Source: an uncultured Eubacterium sp. (lineage in GTDB: Bacteria; Bacillota; Clostridia; Lachnospirales; Lachnospiraceae). Taken from it: a stretch of DNA of 64,000 bases. Below are positions 29,540-39,871 of this stretch, piece after piece. A program made the translations under genes and the position numbers. The notes below the pieces were generated by a model, which searched no databases, was not told the origin of the DNA, and saw only the letters and a list, made by a program, of their open reading frames with translations. The stretch is taken from NCBI GenBank assembly GCA_910584065.1, contig CAJTZN010000015.1, positions 748 through 64,747 on the forward strand, in the 5' to 3' direction. Each line of letters begins with the position of its first letter. Position 1 is the first letter of the stretch.

Positions 29540-29728
29540 TATTATATTGCTCTCTATTTGTTTCCTCAAAAAAGTCCTCCTCCATCTCCCATTTAATATA
29601 GTCATTGTAGCACTTTTTCCACGAAACGGCAAGTTTTTTATCCATCCGCCAAACCCGCGCTTGCCCAAACCAGCCAAATTTTGTATAATGAAATCAGCAC
29701 TTATTCCAGCACAGAAACGAGGAACAAT

Positions 29729-30670
29729 ATGTCAAACTTTATATACAGCATCAATGCAACCCTTCCCATTTTCCTGCTCATCCTTTTAGGCAAAGTCCTG
29801 TACAAGAGCCATGTCATCGGAAAAGATTTTATCGCCGGCGCCGACCGGTACGTATTTTACGTCGCGCTGCCAGCCCTCGTATTCAAAGATCTCACCGAAA
29901 ACGAGATCGGCAGCCGATTTGACGGCGGTTACGTTCTATTTTGCTTCCTGTCAACTCTTTTTTCCATTCTGGCAATCTGGGGTTTGACCGAACTGTTTAT
30001 GAAAAATGAATCCCAAAAAGGCGCTTTTATCCAGGCTTCCTATCGCAGCAGCGCCGCGCTGCTCGGGCTGGCTTTTATCGACAACATGTACGATGGCGCT
30101 GGCATGGCGCCTCTGATGATCATCGGCGCTGTTCCTCTGTACAATATTTTCGCCGTGATCATCCTCACGATCAAAGGCGAAAACGACGGCGCTCGTCCGG
30201 ATCTGCGGAAAACCTTTGTCAGTATTTGTAAGAACCCCATTCTGATCGGGATCTTTGTCGCCCTTCCTTTCGCCTTTTTCAACATCCGCCTCCCGGCTCC
30301 CCTGAGCAAAAGCGTATCCTATCTGGCCGCAAGCGCGTCCCCTCTCGCCCTCCTTTCGATCGGGGCCGGTTTTGAGGGAAGAAAGGCAATCAAAAAAATC
30401 AAACCGACCTTACTGGCATCGTTCATCAAGCTGTTTGCGCTCTGTGCGCTGCTGCTCCCGCCTGCTGTTTACTTCGGCTACCGGAATCAGGAACTCGTCG
30501 GCATCCTCATCATGCTCGGCTCCCCTGCCACGGTCTCCTGCTACATCATGGCAAAGAACACGAAAAACGATGACATCCTCACAAGCAGTATTATTGTCCT
30601 CACCACACTCTTGTCTTCCGTCAGCCTGACGATGTGGATCTACATTCTGCGGAGTATGGGATATCTTTAA
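29729..30670 (+). CDS. AEC family transporter
   Basis: Multi-TM protein with FYVALPAL, KNPILI and SPLALL motifs. Confidence 0.88.
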   Translation: MSNFIYSINATLPIFLLILLGKVLYKSHVIGKDFIAGADRYVFYVALPALVFKDLTENEIGSRFDGGYVLFCFLSTLFSILAIWGLTELFMKNESQKGAFIQASYRSSAALLGLAFIDNMYDGAGMAPLMIIGAVPLYNIFAVIILTIKGENDGARPDLRKTFVSICKNPILIGIFVALPFAFFNIRLPAPLSKSVSYLAASASPLALLSIGAGFEGRKAIKKIKPTLLASFIKLFALCALLLPPAVYFGYRNQELVGILIMLGSPATVSCYIMAKNTKNDDILTSSIIVLTTLLSSVSLTMWIYILRSMGYL

Positions 30671-30677
30671 AAAAAAC

Positions 30678-30706
30678 TTGACTTTTGCTCTTTTTTATCG
30701 TATACT
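30678..30706 (+). promoter_or_regulatory. SigA-type promoter for tRNA-Trp
   Basis: TTGACT-17 bp-TATACT. Confidence 0.75.
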
Positions 30707-30723
30707 AGGAAAGTAAGTGATTT

Positions 30724-30794
30724 AGGGGCATAGTTCATCGGTAGAATAAGAGTCTCCAAAACTCCAGAGCTGGGTTCGATTCCTAGTGCCCCTG
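30724..30794 (+). tRNA. tRNA-Trp(CCA)
   Basis: AGGGGCA/TGCCCCT acceptor stem, anticodon loop CTCCAAA, GGTTCGATTCC. Confidence 0.95.
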
Positions 30795-30881
30795 TCATAA
30801 CCGCCTTATAAACAGCGATGTTGCCGTTTATAAGGTTTTTTTATAACAAATTTCAACGCAGGCTTTTTCTGCCTGACAGAA

Positions 30882-31745
30882 ATGAGGATGCATATGATCA
30901 AAGACCTTTTCCACAAAAACAGACCGGTATACTCACTGGAAGTTTTTCCTCCGAAACAGGATACCGACATTACTTCGATTTACGATTCACTCGACCAGTT
31001 CAAAGAACTGCACCCGCATTTTATCAGCGTCACGTATGGCGCGGGCGGGACGACTTCGGAAAATACGTTTGCCATCGCTTCGTACATACAGAACCAGTGC
31101 GGGATTGAAGCGCTGACGCACCTTACGTGTGCCGCCATTCCCGACAAACTCTTTCTGACAAATTTCCTGACCAATCTCTACCGCAATGGCATCCGCAACA
31201 TACTGGGACTCCGCGGAGACCAGCCGCGGGGGATGAGCAGCGAGCAGTTCGCCTCCCGGTATTATGAACATGCTTCCGATCTCATCGCGGACATCAAAGA
31301 CACCTATCCGTTCAGCGTGGCAGGCGCCTGTTATCCGGAAGTCCATCAGGAAGCTGCCTCACTCGAGGAAGATATCGCCCATCTGAAGATCAAAGCTGAT
31401 CAGGGCGTGGATTTTTTGATCACTCAGCTTTTCTATGACAATGAAACCTTTTACCGCTTTTTGGACAAAGCGCGGAATGCCGGCATCGACATTCCCGTCC
31501 TGCCGGGGCTCATGCCGATCGTAAGCGCCGGACAGGTAAAAAACATCATCGGACTTTCCGGCTGCGCGATCCCGGATAAGCTGCGGCGCGCCATTGATCA
31601 ATATAAGGACTCCCCGGCGGATCTGAAAAAGGCCGGTTTGGATTACACGAAAGAACAGATGGAAGACCTGCTGGCACACGGCGCGGACGGAATCCATTTA
31701 TATAGTATGAACAAAGTGGAGACAGCGAAGTATATTTTTGATTAA
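30882..31745 (+). CDS. metF: Methylenetetrahydrofolate reductase
   Basis: SLEVFPPK, SVTYGAGG, HLTC, LRGD, YPE.H and ITQLF motifs. Confidence 0.95.
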   Translation: MRMHMIKDLFHKNRPVYSLEVFPPKQDTDITSIYDSLDQFKELHPHFISVTYGAGGTTSENTFAIASYIQNQCGIEALTHLTCAAIPDKLFLTNFLTNLYRNGIRNILGLRGDQPRGMSSEQFASRYYEHASDLIADIKDTYPFSVAGACYPEVHQEAASLEEDIAHLKIKADQGVDFLITQLFYDNETFYRFLDKARNAGIDIPVLPGLMPIVSAGQVKNIIGLSGCAIPDKLRRAIDQYKDSPADLKKAGLDYTKEQMEDLLAHGADGIHLYSMNKVETAKYIFD

Positions 31746-31749
31746 AAAT

Positions 31750-31790
31750 AAGGAGAGCGTGACTCGGAATGAATCGCCCTCTCCTTTTTT
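31750..31790 (+). terminator. Intrinsic terminator after metF
   Basis: AAGGAGAG...CTCTCCTTTTTT. Confidence 0.65.
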
Positions 31791-31834
31791 CTACCTATTT
31801 TAACTATGAATTGGATCAATACACAACGCACCGC

Positions 31835-33109
31835 TTAACGGTGGATGATCTCGCTTCGACCCGGCCCGTTTGAAACCATCTTCACCGGTACGCCCAGTTC
31901 TTTTTCGATGAATTCGATATACCGACGGCAGTTTTCCGGCAGCTTCTCATATTCCGTGATGCCGCGGATCTCTTCTTTCCAGCCGGGCAGGACCTCATAG
32001 ACCGGCTTCGCTTTTTTCAGTCCGGCCGTCGTCGGGAACTCTTTCGTCACCTTCCCGTCTATTTCATAGCCGACGCAGATCGGGATCTCATCCAGATACC
32101 CGAGGACGTCGAGCACGGTCAAAACCGCTTCGGTCGCGCCCTGAATGCGGCAGCCATAGCGGCTCGCCACCGCGTCAAACCACCCCATGCGCCTCGGCCG
32201 TCCGGTCGTCGCGCCGAACTCTCCGCCGTCTCCGCCGCGCCTTCTCAGTTCATCCGCTTCGTCGCCAAATATCTCACTGACAAATTCCCCGGCTCCAACC
32301 GCGCTCGAATACGCCTTCACCACCGTCACGATGCGCTTGATCTCATACGGCGGTATCCCCGCTCCGACCGCGCCGTAAGCCGCGAGCGTCGAAGACGACG
32401 TGACCATTGGGTAAATACCATGATCCGGGTCTTTCAGCGAACCGAGCTGCCCTTCCAGCAGAATCCGTTTTCCCTCCTTGCGCGCCTGATCGAGATAATG
32501 GGAAACATCACACACGTACGGCTCCACCATTTTACGGTACTCCTTCAGCGTATTCATGATCTCATCGACATCGATCGTCGGTTTATGATACAAATGCTCC
32601 AGCAGCACATTTTTCTGCACACATATATTTTCCAGTTTTTCGCGCAGCGCCTCTTCGTCAAACAACTCTGCAACCTGCACGCCGATCTTCGCGTACTTAT
32701 CGGAATAAAATGGCGCAATTCCCGATTTCGTAGAGCCAAATGACTTTCCGGCGAGCCGCTCCTCTTCATACTGGTCAAACAGGATATGGTATGGCATCAC
32801 GATCTGCGCACGGTCTGACACCAGGATTTTCGGCTGCGGCACTCCCCGCTCGACGATCTCATTCATCTCCCGGAACAGATCCGGAACATTCAACGCCACA
32901 CCGTTTCCGATGATGCTCGTCGTATGATCACTAAATACACCGGACGGCAGAATATGTAGCACAAACTTGCCATAATCATTGACAATGGTATGCCCGGCAT
33001 TGCTTCCCCCCTGGAAACGTACAACGATGTCGGACTCCTCGCTCAGCATATCCGTAATCTTCCCTTTTCCTTCGTCTCCCCAATTGGCGCCTACAATTGC
33101 TGTAACCAT
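31835..33109 (-). CDS. purA: Adenylosuccinate synthetase
   Basis: WGDEGKGK, GGSNAGHT and EFGATTGRPRR motifs. Confidence 0.97.
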   Translation of the reverse strand: MVTAIVGANWGDEGKGKITDMLSEESDIVVRFQGGSNAGHTIVNDYGKFVLHILPSGVFSDHTTSIIGNGVALNVPDLFREMNEIVERGVPQPKILVSDRAQIVMPYHILFDQYEEERLAGKSFGSTKSGIAPFYSDKYAKIGVQVAELFDEEALREKLENICVQKNVLLEHLYHKPTIDVDEIMNTLKEYRKMVEPYVCDVSHYLDQARKEGKRILLEGQLGSLKDPDHGIYPMVTSSSTLAAYGAVGAGIPPYEIKRIVTVVKAYSSAVGAGEFVSEIFGDEADELRRRGGDGGEFGATTGRPRRMGWFDAVASRYGCRIQGATEAVLTVLDVLGYLDEIPICVGYEIDGKVTKEFPTTAGLKKAKPVYEVLPGWKEEIRGITEYEKLPENCRRYIEFIEKELGVPVKMVSNGPGRSEIIHR

Positions 33110-33270
33110 AGCCATTCCTCCTTGTTTTCCAAAGGAAAATCCGAGCCTCTCATGGCGAGGAAAGGAATTTTCCTCCTTAAATATCGTGGTTTTCGACTGC
33201 AATCGTGTCTAAAGACAGACACACAGATTTATTATATATGATTTTCGCCTGCATTTCAAGGAAAAAAAAC

Positions 33271-33309
33271 AAAAAGACCCGGTCACAAATTGTGCCAACG
33301 GGTCTTTTT
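33271..33309 (-). terminator. Terminator after rplL
   Basis: AAAAAGACCCG...CGGGTCTTTTT. Confidence 0.8.
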
Positions 33310-33331
33310 GTCCGATTTATCCGCCTCCGGA

Positions 33332-33703
33332 TTATTTCAATGTAACCTTTGCGCCTTCGCCCTCGAGTTTTGTCTTGATGTCTTCAGCCTCTTCTTTCGA
33401 TGCCGCTTCCTTCACAACCTTCGGAGCTCCGTCTACGACTTCTTTTGCTTCCTTCAGTCCAAGACCCGTTACTTCACGAACGACTTTGATGACCTTAACC
33501 TTGTTCGGTCCAACTTCCGTCAGCTCTACGTCGAATTCGTCTTTCTCTTCTCCGCCTGCTGCCGCACCGTCTCCGCCTGCTGCTGCAACGACAACGCCTG
33601 CTGCCGCAGAAACGCCGAACTCTTCTTCACATGCTTTTACTAAATCATTTAATTCCAACACGCTCATCGCTTTGATGGCATCGATAAATTCCTGAGTAGT
33701 CAT
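33332..33703 (-). CDS. rplL: 50S ribosomal protein L7/L12
   Basis: [10 protein letters not shown] and [17 protein letters not shown] motifs. Confidence 0.98.
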   Translation of the reverse strand: MTTQEFIDAIKAMSVLELNDLVKACEEEFGVSAAAGVVVAAAGGDGAAAGGEEKDEFDVELTEVGPNKVKVIKVVREVTGLGLKEAKEVVDGAPKVVKEAASKEEAEDIKTKLEGEGAKVTLK

Positions 33704-33745
33704 TTGAAATTCCTCCATTTTTTTATTTTTGATTTCTTAATTTTC

Positions 33746-34318
33746 TTATTCTGCTGCCTGCTCTTCAGCTGCCGGTTCTGCTGCTTCTGTCACTGGCTCC
33801 GCTGCTGCTTCTGCCGCTCCATCCGCTGCCGTTTCTCCGCCCTTCTCTGCGATCTGGTTCAGAACACGGGCAAGGTTCGTAACAGGTGACTGCAGGCTTC
33901 CAAGCAATTTGGAAACGAGAACATCCCTCGACGGGATCTTCGCAAGCGTCTGAATGCCGGCTTCATCGTAATACGTTCCGCCCACAACAGCGCTCTTAAA
34001 CTGAAGGTCTTCTGCCTCCTTCGCGAACTCACTGAGAATTCTTGCCGGAGCTGTCTCATCTTCCGCAGAAAACGCGATCGCAGTAGGCCCTTCCAAGTCT
34101 TTGTCCAACTGTTCGAAATCCGTTCCTTCAAAAGCGCGGACAAGCATCGTATTTTTGTACACTTTGTACACAACACCAGCTTCTCTCAGCTTTCTGCGCA
34201 GCTTCGTATCCTGCTCAACGGTAAGTCCGCGGTAATCAACAAGTACCGCCGCTTTTGCATCGGCTGCGTAACCTTTGATCTCGTCCACAATTGGCTGCTT
34301 TAACTCGACTTTTGCCAT
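33746..34318 (-). CDS. rplJ: 50S ribosomal protein L10
   Basis: DYRGLTV, VYKNT and GPTAIAF motifs. Confidence 0.98.
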   Translation of the reverse strand: MAKVELKQPIVDEIKGYAADAKAAVLVDYRGLTVEQDTKLRRKLREAGVVYKVYKNTMLVRAFEGTDFEQLDKDLEGPTAIAFSAEDETAPARILSEFAKEAEDLQFKSAVVGGTYYDEAGIQTLAKIPSRDVLVSKLLGSLQSPVTNLARVLNQIAEKGGETAADGAAEAAAEPVTEAAEPAAEEQAAE

Positions 34319-34485
34319 TGGTTATTTCCTCCTTTATAGATTCTTCTGCCTGATAAGGAGAGATCTAATGCCTGATTCAGGCAAATGCCAGTAGGCAAAT
34401 GCCAGTAGGCATATAAAAAACCCTCTCCTCGTCTGGACAATAAGTTGCCATGACAACGAGAGGGCAGAATCATTCCATCCTTTTA

Positions 34486-34588
34486 CTCCTCGGTAAGCGG
34501 CTCACGCTCTTACACGGAAAAACCTGGCGGTCGAATACCTGGCGGTCTAAAACCTGCGGTTTTTCTGTACTTACTGTCTACGGCAGTT
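34486..34588 (-). promoter_or_regulatory. L10 leader autoregulatory RNA
   Basis: CCGTAGACAGTAAG...CTTACCGAGG upstream of rplJ. Confidence 0.8.
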
Positions 34589-34647
34589 ATTAACAAACGA
34601 TATAATAACACAACTATCTATTTCCTGTCAAGCCAAAATCGGAAAAA

Positions 34648-35340
34648 TTACACCATTTTAGCTGTGCTTACTTTGATACCGGGACCCATCGTGCTTGCGA
34701 TCGTCACGCTCTTCATGTACTGACCCTTTGCGCTCGACGGTTTCGCCTTGATGATGGCGTCCATGATCGTATTAAAGTTCTCACTGAGCTGTTCGGCGGA
34801 AAAAGAAGCCTTTCCAACCGGAACATGAATGATGTTTGCTTTGTCCAAACGATACTCGATCTTACCTGCTTTGATATCATTGACAGCCTTTGTAACATCC
34901 ATCGTAACGGTTCCTGCCTTCGGGTTCGGCATCAAGCCTTTTGGTCCAAGTACACGTCCGAGCCGACCAACAACGCCCATCATATCAGGAGTAGCAACCA
35001 CTACGTCAAACTCAAACCATCCCTCGTTCTGGATCTTCGGGATCAATTCCTCGCCGCCGACAAAATCAGCTCCTGCTGCTTCTGCCTCCGACACCTTATC
35101 TCCCTTCGCAAACACGAGGACGCGAACCGTCTTTCCTGTTCCATGAGGAAGTACGACCGCACCACGAACCTGCTGGTCTGCATGACGTCCGTCTACGCCG
35201 AGACGGATGTGTGCTTCTATCGTTTCATCGAATTTTGCAACTGCTGTCTTCTTCACAAGGTCAATAGCCTCTTCCGGCTCATACTGAGTCATTCTGTCTA
35301 CTAACTTTGCGGCCTCTACATATTTCTTGCCTCTTTTCAT
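34648..35340 (-). CDS. rplA: 50S ribosomal protein L1
   Basis: KFDET, LPHGTGK and [11 protein letters not shown] motifs. Confidence 0.98.
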   Translation of the reverse strand: MKRGKKYVEAAKLVDRMTQYEPEEAIDLVKKTAVAKFDETIEAHIRLGVDGRHADQQVRGAVVLPHGTGKTVRVLVFAKGDKVSEAEAAGADFVGGEELIPKIQNEGWFEFDVVVATPDMMGVVGRLGRVLGPKGLMPNPKAGTVTMDVTKAVNDIKAGKIEYRLDKANIIHVPVGKASFSAEQLSENFNTIMDAIIKAKPSSAKGQYMKSVTIASTMGPGIKVSTAKMV

Positions 35341-35428
35341 GATTTAAACCTCCTAGTGGTATTAGCGAACATTCTCCCACAACGTCCAAATGACATAGAT
35401 CTTTTACGATGTCTAAATTTTATAACAC

Positions 35429-35854
35429 TCACTCTTCTACTGTAATTCCCATACTCCTTGCCGTACCAGCAATCATGCTCATCGCTGCTTCCAAGCTTCC
35501 GGCGTTCAGATCCGGCATTTTCAGTTCGGCGATCTTCTGGATCTCCTCTTTTGAAATCGAAGCTACCTTCTGCTTGTTCGGCACACCGGAACCGGAATCG
35601 ATCTTACAAGCTTTTTTAAGAAGTACTGCTGCCGGCGGCGTTTTTGTAATAAAGCTGAAACTCCTGTCCGCATATACGGTAATGACAACTGGGATGATCA
35701 TTCCTTCCTGTCCTGCCGTCTTCGCGTTAAACTCCTTTGTAAACTGCACGATATTCACGCCGTGCTGTCCAAGCGCTGGTCCTACCGGCGGCGCCGGCGT
35801 TGCTTTCCCAGCCGGGATCTGCAATTTTATATATCCTTCCACTTTCTTAGCCAT
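35429..35854 (-). CDS. rplK: 50S ribosomal protein L11
   Basis: [10 protein letters not shown] and GTARSMG motifs. Confidence 0.98.
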   Translation of the reverse strand: MAKKVEGYIKLQIPAGKATPAPPVGPALGQHGVNIVQFTKEFNAKTAGQEGMIIPVVITVYADRSFSFITKTPPAAVLLKKACKIDSGSGVPNKQKVASISKEEIQKIAELKMPDLNAGSLEAAMSMIAGTARSMGITVEE

Positions 35855-35873
35855 TTCAAGTTTCCTCCTGTTT

Positions 35874-36392
35874 CTATAGCTTTTCTAATTCTGAGAAATC
35901 GATCTCAACCGGCGTCCCGCGCCCAAACATATCGATCACGATGACCGCCATCTGTTTGGCCGGATGAACTTCCTGTACGACACCGTGTGTATCCTCCCAT
36001 ACGCCCTTTGTAACGACTACGTGGTCGCCAATGCTGTACGGCGCCTCCTCCGCCTGTGCGAGGAATCCCATGTTGGCGATCTCCTCCGCAGTCAGCGGAA
36101 CCGGTTTGGATCCCGGCCCTACAAACCCCGTCACTCCGCGGGTGTTCCGGACTACATACCAGGTTTCGTCATTCATCACCATATTGAGAAGGACATAGGC
36201 CGGGAACATTTTCTTCTGAACCTGTTTCTTTTCCCCGTTCTTTTCCTCCACAACAGTCTGCATCGGCACCATCACCTCCAGGATCTGTTCCTGAAGATTC
36301 CGGTTCTCGATCGTCTTCTCAATATCCACTTTTACTTTATTCTCATAACCGGAATAAGTATGAACCACATACCATTTTGCTTCTTCCGCCAT
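35874..36392 (-). CDS. nusG: Transcription factor NusG
   Basis: [14 protein letters not shown] and [12 protein letters not shown] motifs, plus KOW domain. Confidence 0.97.
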   Translation of the reverse strand: MAEEAKWYVVHTYSGYENKVKVDIEKTIENRNLQEQILEVMVPMQTVVEEKNGEKKQVQKKMFPAYVLLNMVMNDETWYVVRNTRGVTGFVGPGSKPVPLTAEEIANMGFLAQAEEAPYSIGDHVVVTKGVWEDTHGVVQEVHPAKQMAVIVIDMFGRGTPVEIDFSELEKL

Positions 36393-36406
36393 ATCAACCT
36401 CCTAGA

Positions 36407-36637
36407 TCAAAGCCCGACCGCCTGCAATCCTAATCGGATCAGCCAGTCTATCCCCGCGATAACGCCGCCGAGAATAACGGAAATAATAATTACTAATGTG
36501 GATTGGCGGATCAATTCTTCTTTCTTTGGCCATGTACACCGCTTGAATTCCGCCTTGACATGTTTGAAGAAGCTGTCTTTTTTCGGACTGTCCTTTTTCG
36601 GACTGTCCTTTTTCGAAGTATTTTCCGCTTCGCTCAT
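36407..36637 (-). CDS. secE: Preprotein translocase SecE
   Basis: KAEFKRCTWP plus one TM segment, located between rpmG and nusG. Confidence 0.92.
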   Translation of the reverse strand: MSEAENTSKKDSPKKDSPKKDSFFKHVKAEFKRCTWPKKEELIRQSTLVIIISVILGGVIAGIDWLIRLGLQAVGL

Positions 36638-36674
36638 ATGACACACATCCTTTCCATAACACTACGCCAGACGA

Positions 36675-36824
36675 TTACTTCGTCTCTTTGTGTAATGTAT
36701 GAGTTCTGCAAAATCTGCAATATTTCTTTGTTTCCATTCTGTCCGGATGGTTCTTCTTGTCTTTGGTCATGTTGTAGTTCCGCTGTTTGCATTCTGTACA
36801 TTCCAAAGTAATTTTAGTACGCAT
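36675..36824 (-). CDS. rpmG: 50S ribosomal protein L33 (not in ORF track)
   Basis: Manual translation [49 protein letters not shown]. Confidence 0.97.
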   Translation of the reverse strand: MRTKITLECTECKQRNYNMTKDKKNHPDRMETKKYCRFCRTHTLHKETK

Positions 36825-36974
36825 TACGTCACCTCCGTGATAATTTGTCTGAATAATTTTCAGTCTTATAAAATTTAGGCATAAAAAAAAAGACCTAATT
36901 CATCGCCTAACTAGAATACCACATTATGGCGGCGAAGTCAAGTCTTTTTTGCAGGGGGCTTTGGCCTCCCGACT

Positions 36975-38225
36975 TTAATCCTTTTTGAATAAATCCAGTT
37001 TTTCCACCTGCCGGCCCCGTTCGCCCGCTTTCCTCAAAATCCGGATGGCCGACACGCCGCGCCGCTTTCTATTATTGATCAAAAACCGGCCGAGCGCAGC
37101 GATCCACAAAGCAGGCCAAAGAAGGGGGATTTTACTCTTTTCCGGATAATTCAAGCACATCTGGTGATGAAATTCCCGCATATATCCGCCGATCCCCCCA
37201 TGCCGTATCACCACCATGCGGCTCTCCTCCTGCATGCCGAACTCTCCCGCATCCAGTATTTCCCTCATAAAACCGCCGTATTCCCTGCGGCTGTAACAGC
37301 CCGCAAAAAAAAGTCTCACATGTTCCTTTTTCAGTCCGAGATAGTGCGTACAAAGACATGTCACCATTTCAGAAAAACCGGTCAACCCCGTCTCTTTCAC
37401 CTGTTCGATATAGCGCCGCACCTCATCTTCCTGCCGCGGCAGATTCCAGAAGACGGTCCAGTCGCAGAGAAGTTTCAGGCCAAATCCCGCCCTCAGAAAA
37501 TGGTGCAGCATATGAATGAGAAGGTAATAGGCGTGATCGCCGTCCGCCAGCACCGGAAATTCAAGTCCCATCACCGATTTGCGGCAGACGCGGGATGACA
37601 TCCTGTCCATCTGCCGCTCCAACACGGCATTTATCTCCCGGTCATCAAACGGTTCCGCCAGCATGACATGGAGTTCGATATCGATTCCTTCCGGCGTTCT
37701 CCACGTGTGATGATGCGCGGAATGCTGCTGCCCGTCCTTTTTAAAACCGGTCTCTTCCATGACGCGTTCCGCCTCTTCCAACGCTTTCCCGCCAAACAAG
37801 AGGAGATCCACGTCACCGGATTTGCGCAGTTCCGGCACCGGATAACCGTCTGAGGCGATGACTCCCTTGATGACCGCCACCGCAGCGCCTCTTTTCTCCA
37901 TCTGTTCTGCCAGATAATGGCTTAAGAACATCAGCCGGTAGTTCTGCTGCACCGTCCGGATGCTCTCATTCCGTATGCACGCCGCCAGTGGATCCGGGAT
38001 CTGCTCTTCCCCCTCCAGAAGGGGATACAAAAGGGAGAGAACGGCATGTTCCTGAGCCATCGTGAGCAGACGGTCTTTATCCGGCGCATCATCCACACGA
38101 AGCGCGACGGAGCGTGTTTCATCCGTCGTTTTATCCGTCGCCCCTGTCCAGAGCGCCGCGGATAACACCCGAAACAGACATTTTTCTTCTGGCGTAAATA
38201 ACCCGTGTCCATTTACTTTACTCAT
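36975..38225 (-). CDS. Nucleotidyltransferase family protein (NTP_transf_5-like)
   Basis: IKG...YP.PELRKSGDVDLL, IELH, H..HH and LKLLCDW motifs. Confidence 0.85.
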   Translation of the reverse strand: MSKVNGHGLFTPEEKCLFRVLSAALWTGATDKTTDETRSVALRVDDAPDKDRLLTMAQEHAVLSLLYPLLEGEEQIPDPLAACIRNESIRTVQQNYRLMFLSHYLAEQMEKRGAAVAVIKGVIASDGYPVPELRKSGDVDLLLFGGKALEEAERVMEETGFKKDGQQHSAHHHTWRTPEGIDIELHVMLAEPFDDREINAVLERQMDRMSSRVCRKSVMGLEFPVLADGDHAYYLLIHMLHHFLRAGFGLKLLCDWTVFWNLPRQEDEVRRYIEQVKETGLTGFSEMVTCLCTHYLGLKKEHVRLFFAGCYSRREYGGFMREILDAGEFGMQEESRMVVIRHGGIGGYMREFHHQMCLNYPEKSKIPLLWPALWIAALGRFLINNRKRRGVSAIRILRKAGERGRQVEKLDLFKKD

Positions 38226-38247
38226 GACAGTCTCCTCTCATTATCAT

Positions 38248-39774
38248 TCACACTTTTTTGTGGTATGTCTTTAATTTTTCCAGCAAAAACCGAAACTCAC
38301 CCATACGAAAATAACAAAGCAAAAACAATAGATTCGGCACGATACAGCAGACCAGAAGACGAATCAGCAAAACACGCCACAGCCCTCCTGAAACACTACG
38401 GCAGAACAGATCCGTCACAAATCCGGAGACGGCAGTGACTGCCGAATAAAACACATATCGTATAAAATAAAAACGGAGAGGCGCTTTCAGTGAATGCCGG
38501 TACAGCACCCACGGCTCCACCCAGAACGACGTCAGCATCGTACTGATAAACGTTCCGCCAAATACGCCGATCGTTCCATACTCCCTTGCCAGAATAATAG
38601 AAACGGCGAGATTTAACAGGGCGCCCGTCAACGACTTATAGCGGTCAAACCAGAATATCCCAAGTGAATCCCGGAAAACGAGCGTCGCCTGCCGCATTCC
38701 GGTAACAAAAAAATTCAGGCAGAGCACGAGTACCACCTCCATCGGAAATACATACTGCGCGCCAAAGCTGATCTCCACAAACGGATTCAAAAGCTCATAT
38801 AGACAGATTGCCGCAATCCCGTACATCCACTGCCCGACAAAAAACGAGCACTCGAAAATGCGCTTCACCCTGCCACTGTCCTCCGTGACGCCCAAATTCC
38901 CCACGCTGGCTGTTATCCCCCGGAAGATCTGGCTCACCACCTGATGGAGTGAACCGATCACGAGATAATAATTGGAATAACATCCGACGCTGACGATGCC
39001 GACAATGGAAGAAAGCATGAGGTTATCCGTATTGTTGACAACGACATCCCCTATTTTATGCATCAGCATCGCCCGTATATTTTTAAATATCCCGCTGCGC
39101 TCTTCCTTCGCCAGCGGGAGAACATTCTTTTCCTTCAGATACGGATACAACCGGTCTGCCTTTCTCGACATACTGATATTCTTCCCCAGCGTACACAGAA
39201 TATAAATCAGGAGAAACAGGATAAAATTGCGCGTTGTGATGAGAAGCACGATCTGCAGCGTATCCTGGATAACGAGAAACACCGTTTCGTAAATTTCACT
39301 GATGTAGCTGAGCTGGTGCGCATCAATCAGGGTTCTCTTGTAAATCAGCAGATAAGACAGAACCGAATTTGCCAGATACAACAGATAAATGAAAATGAGA
39401 TGATCCACCTCCGGCTGATTCCTGATCAGAACATCCATAAAAGGAATGACGGCCAGTCCGCCAGCCAGAACGATCCCTGCCACCAAACGGTAAAACCGGC
39501 AATACAGCTTCATCAGCGATTTTTGTTTCTCCTGATCATCCTCTGCGATCGGGCGGTATAGCGCATATGTGATCGCCGTACCGATTCCCAGTTCCGACAG
39601 GGCGAGGACATTCAAAATATCCGAAAAAAGCCCATTAACGCCTACATAACTCTGGCTGAGACAATGGGTAAAGACAACTCTCGTTACAAATCCCATGAGA
39701 ATTGCCAATAATTTCGATATGACTGCCGTCGTTGTATTGCGAACGGAATGCTCGGTTCTGCTGCGCTTTTCCAC
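38248..39774 (-). CDS. Wzx/MOP-family polysaccharide flippase
   Basis: Many TM segments; LALSELGIG.AI.YALY.P and NTDN motifs. Confidence 0.88.
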   Translation of the reverse strand: MEKRSRTEHSVRNTTTAVISKLLAILMGFVTRVVFTHCLSQSYVGVNGLFSDILNVLALSELGIGTAITYALYRPIAEDDQEKQKSLMKLYCRFYRLVAGIVLAGGLAVIPFMDVLIRNQPEVDHLIFIYLLYLANSVLSYLLIYKRTLIDAHQLSYISEIYETVFLVIQDTLQIVLLITTRNFILFLLIYILCTLGKNISMSRKADRLYPYLKEKNVLPLAKEERSGIFKNIRAMLMHKIGDVVVNNTDNLMLSSIVGIVSVGCYSNYYLVIGSLHQVVSQIFRGITASVGNLGVTEDSGRVKRIFECSFFVGQWMYGIAAICLYELLNPFVEISFGAQYVFPMEVVLVLCLNFFVTGMRQATLVFRDSLGIFWFDRYKSLTGALLNLAVSIILAREYGTIGVFGGTFISTMLTSFWVEPWVLYRHSLKAPLRFYFIRYVFYSAVTAVSGFVTDLFCRSVSGGLWRVLLIRLLVCCIVPNLLFLLCYFRMGEFRFLLEKLKTYHKKV

Positions 39775-39871
39775 TTCTTCACCTCCATCCATTTTCCCTG
39801 ACTTTTCTATCGTATTTTTACACGCCCTATGTTATAATGAAAGAACAAATATGACAAAAGGAGCGTATATC

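Noticed and set aside
30804..30840. Island integrated at tRNA-Trp
   Set aside because: A hairpin follows the tRNA, but I found no duplicated tRNA 3' end or mobility gene; it is more simply a terminator.
33746..33850. Ala/Glu-rich C-terminal extension of L10
   Set aside because: Low-complexity tails like this are common on ribosomal proteins in this group; nothing suggests a new function.
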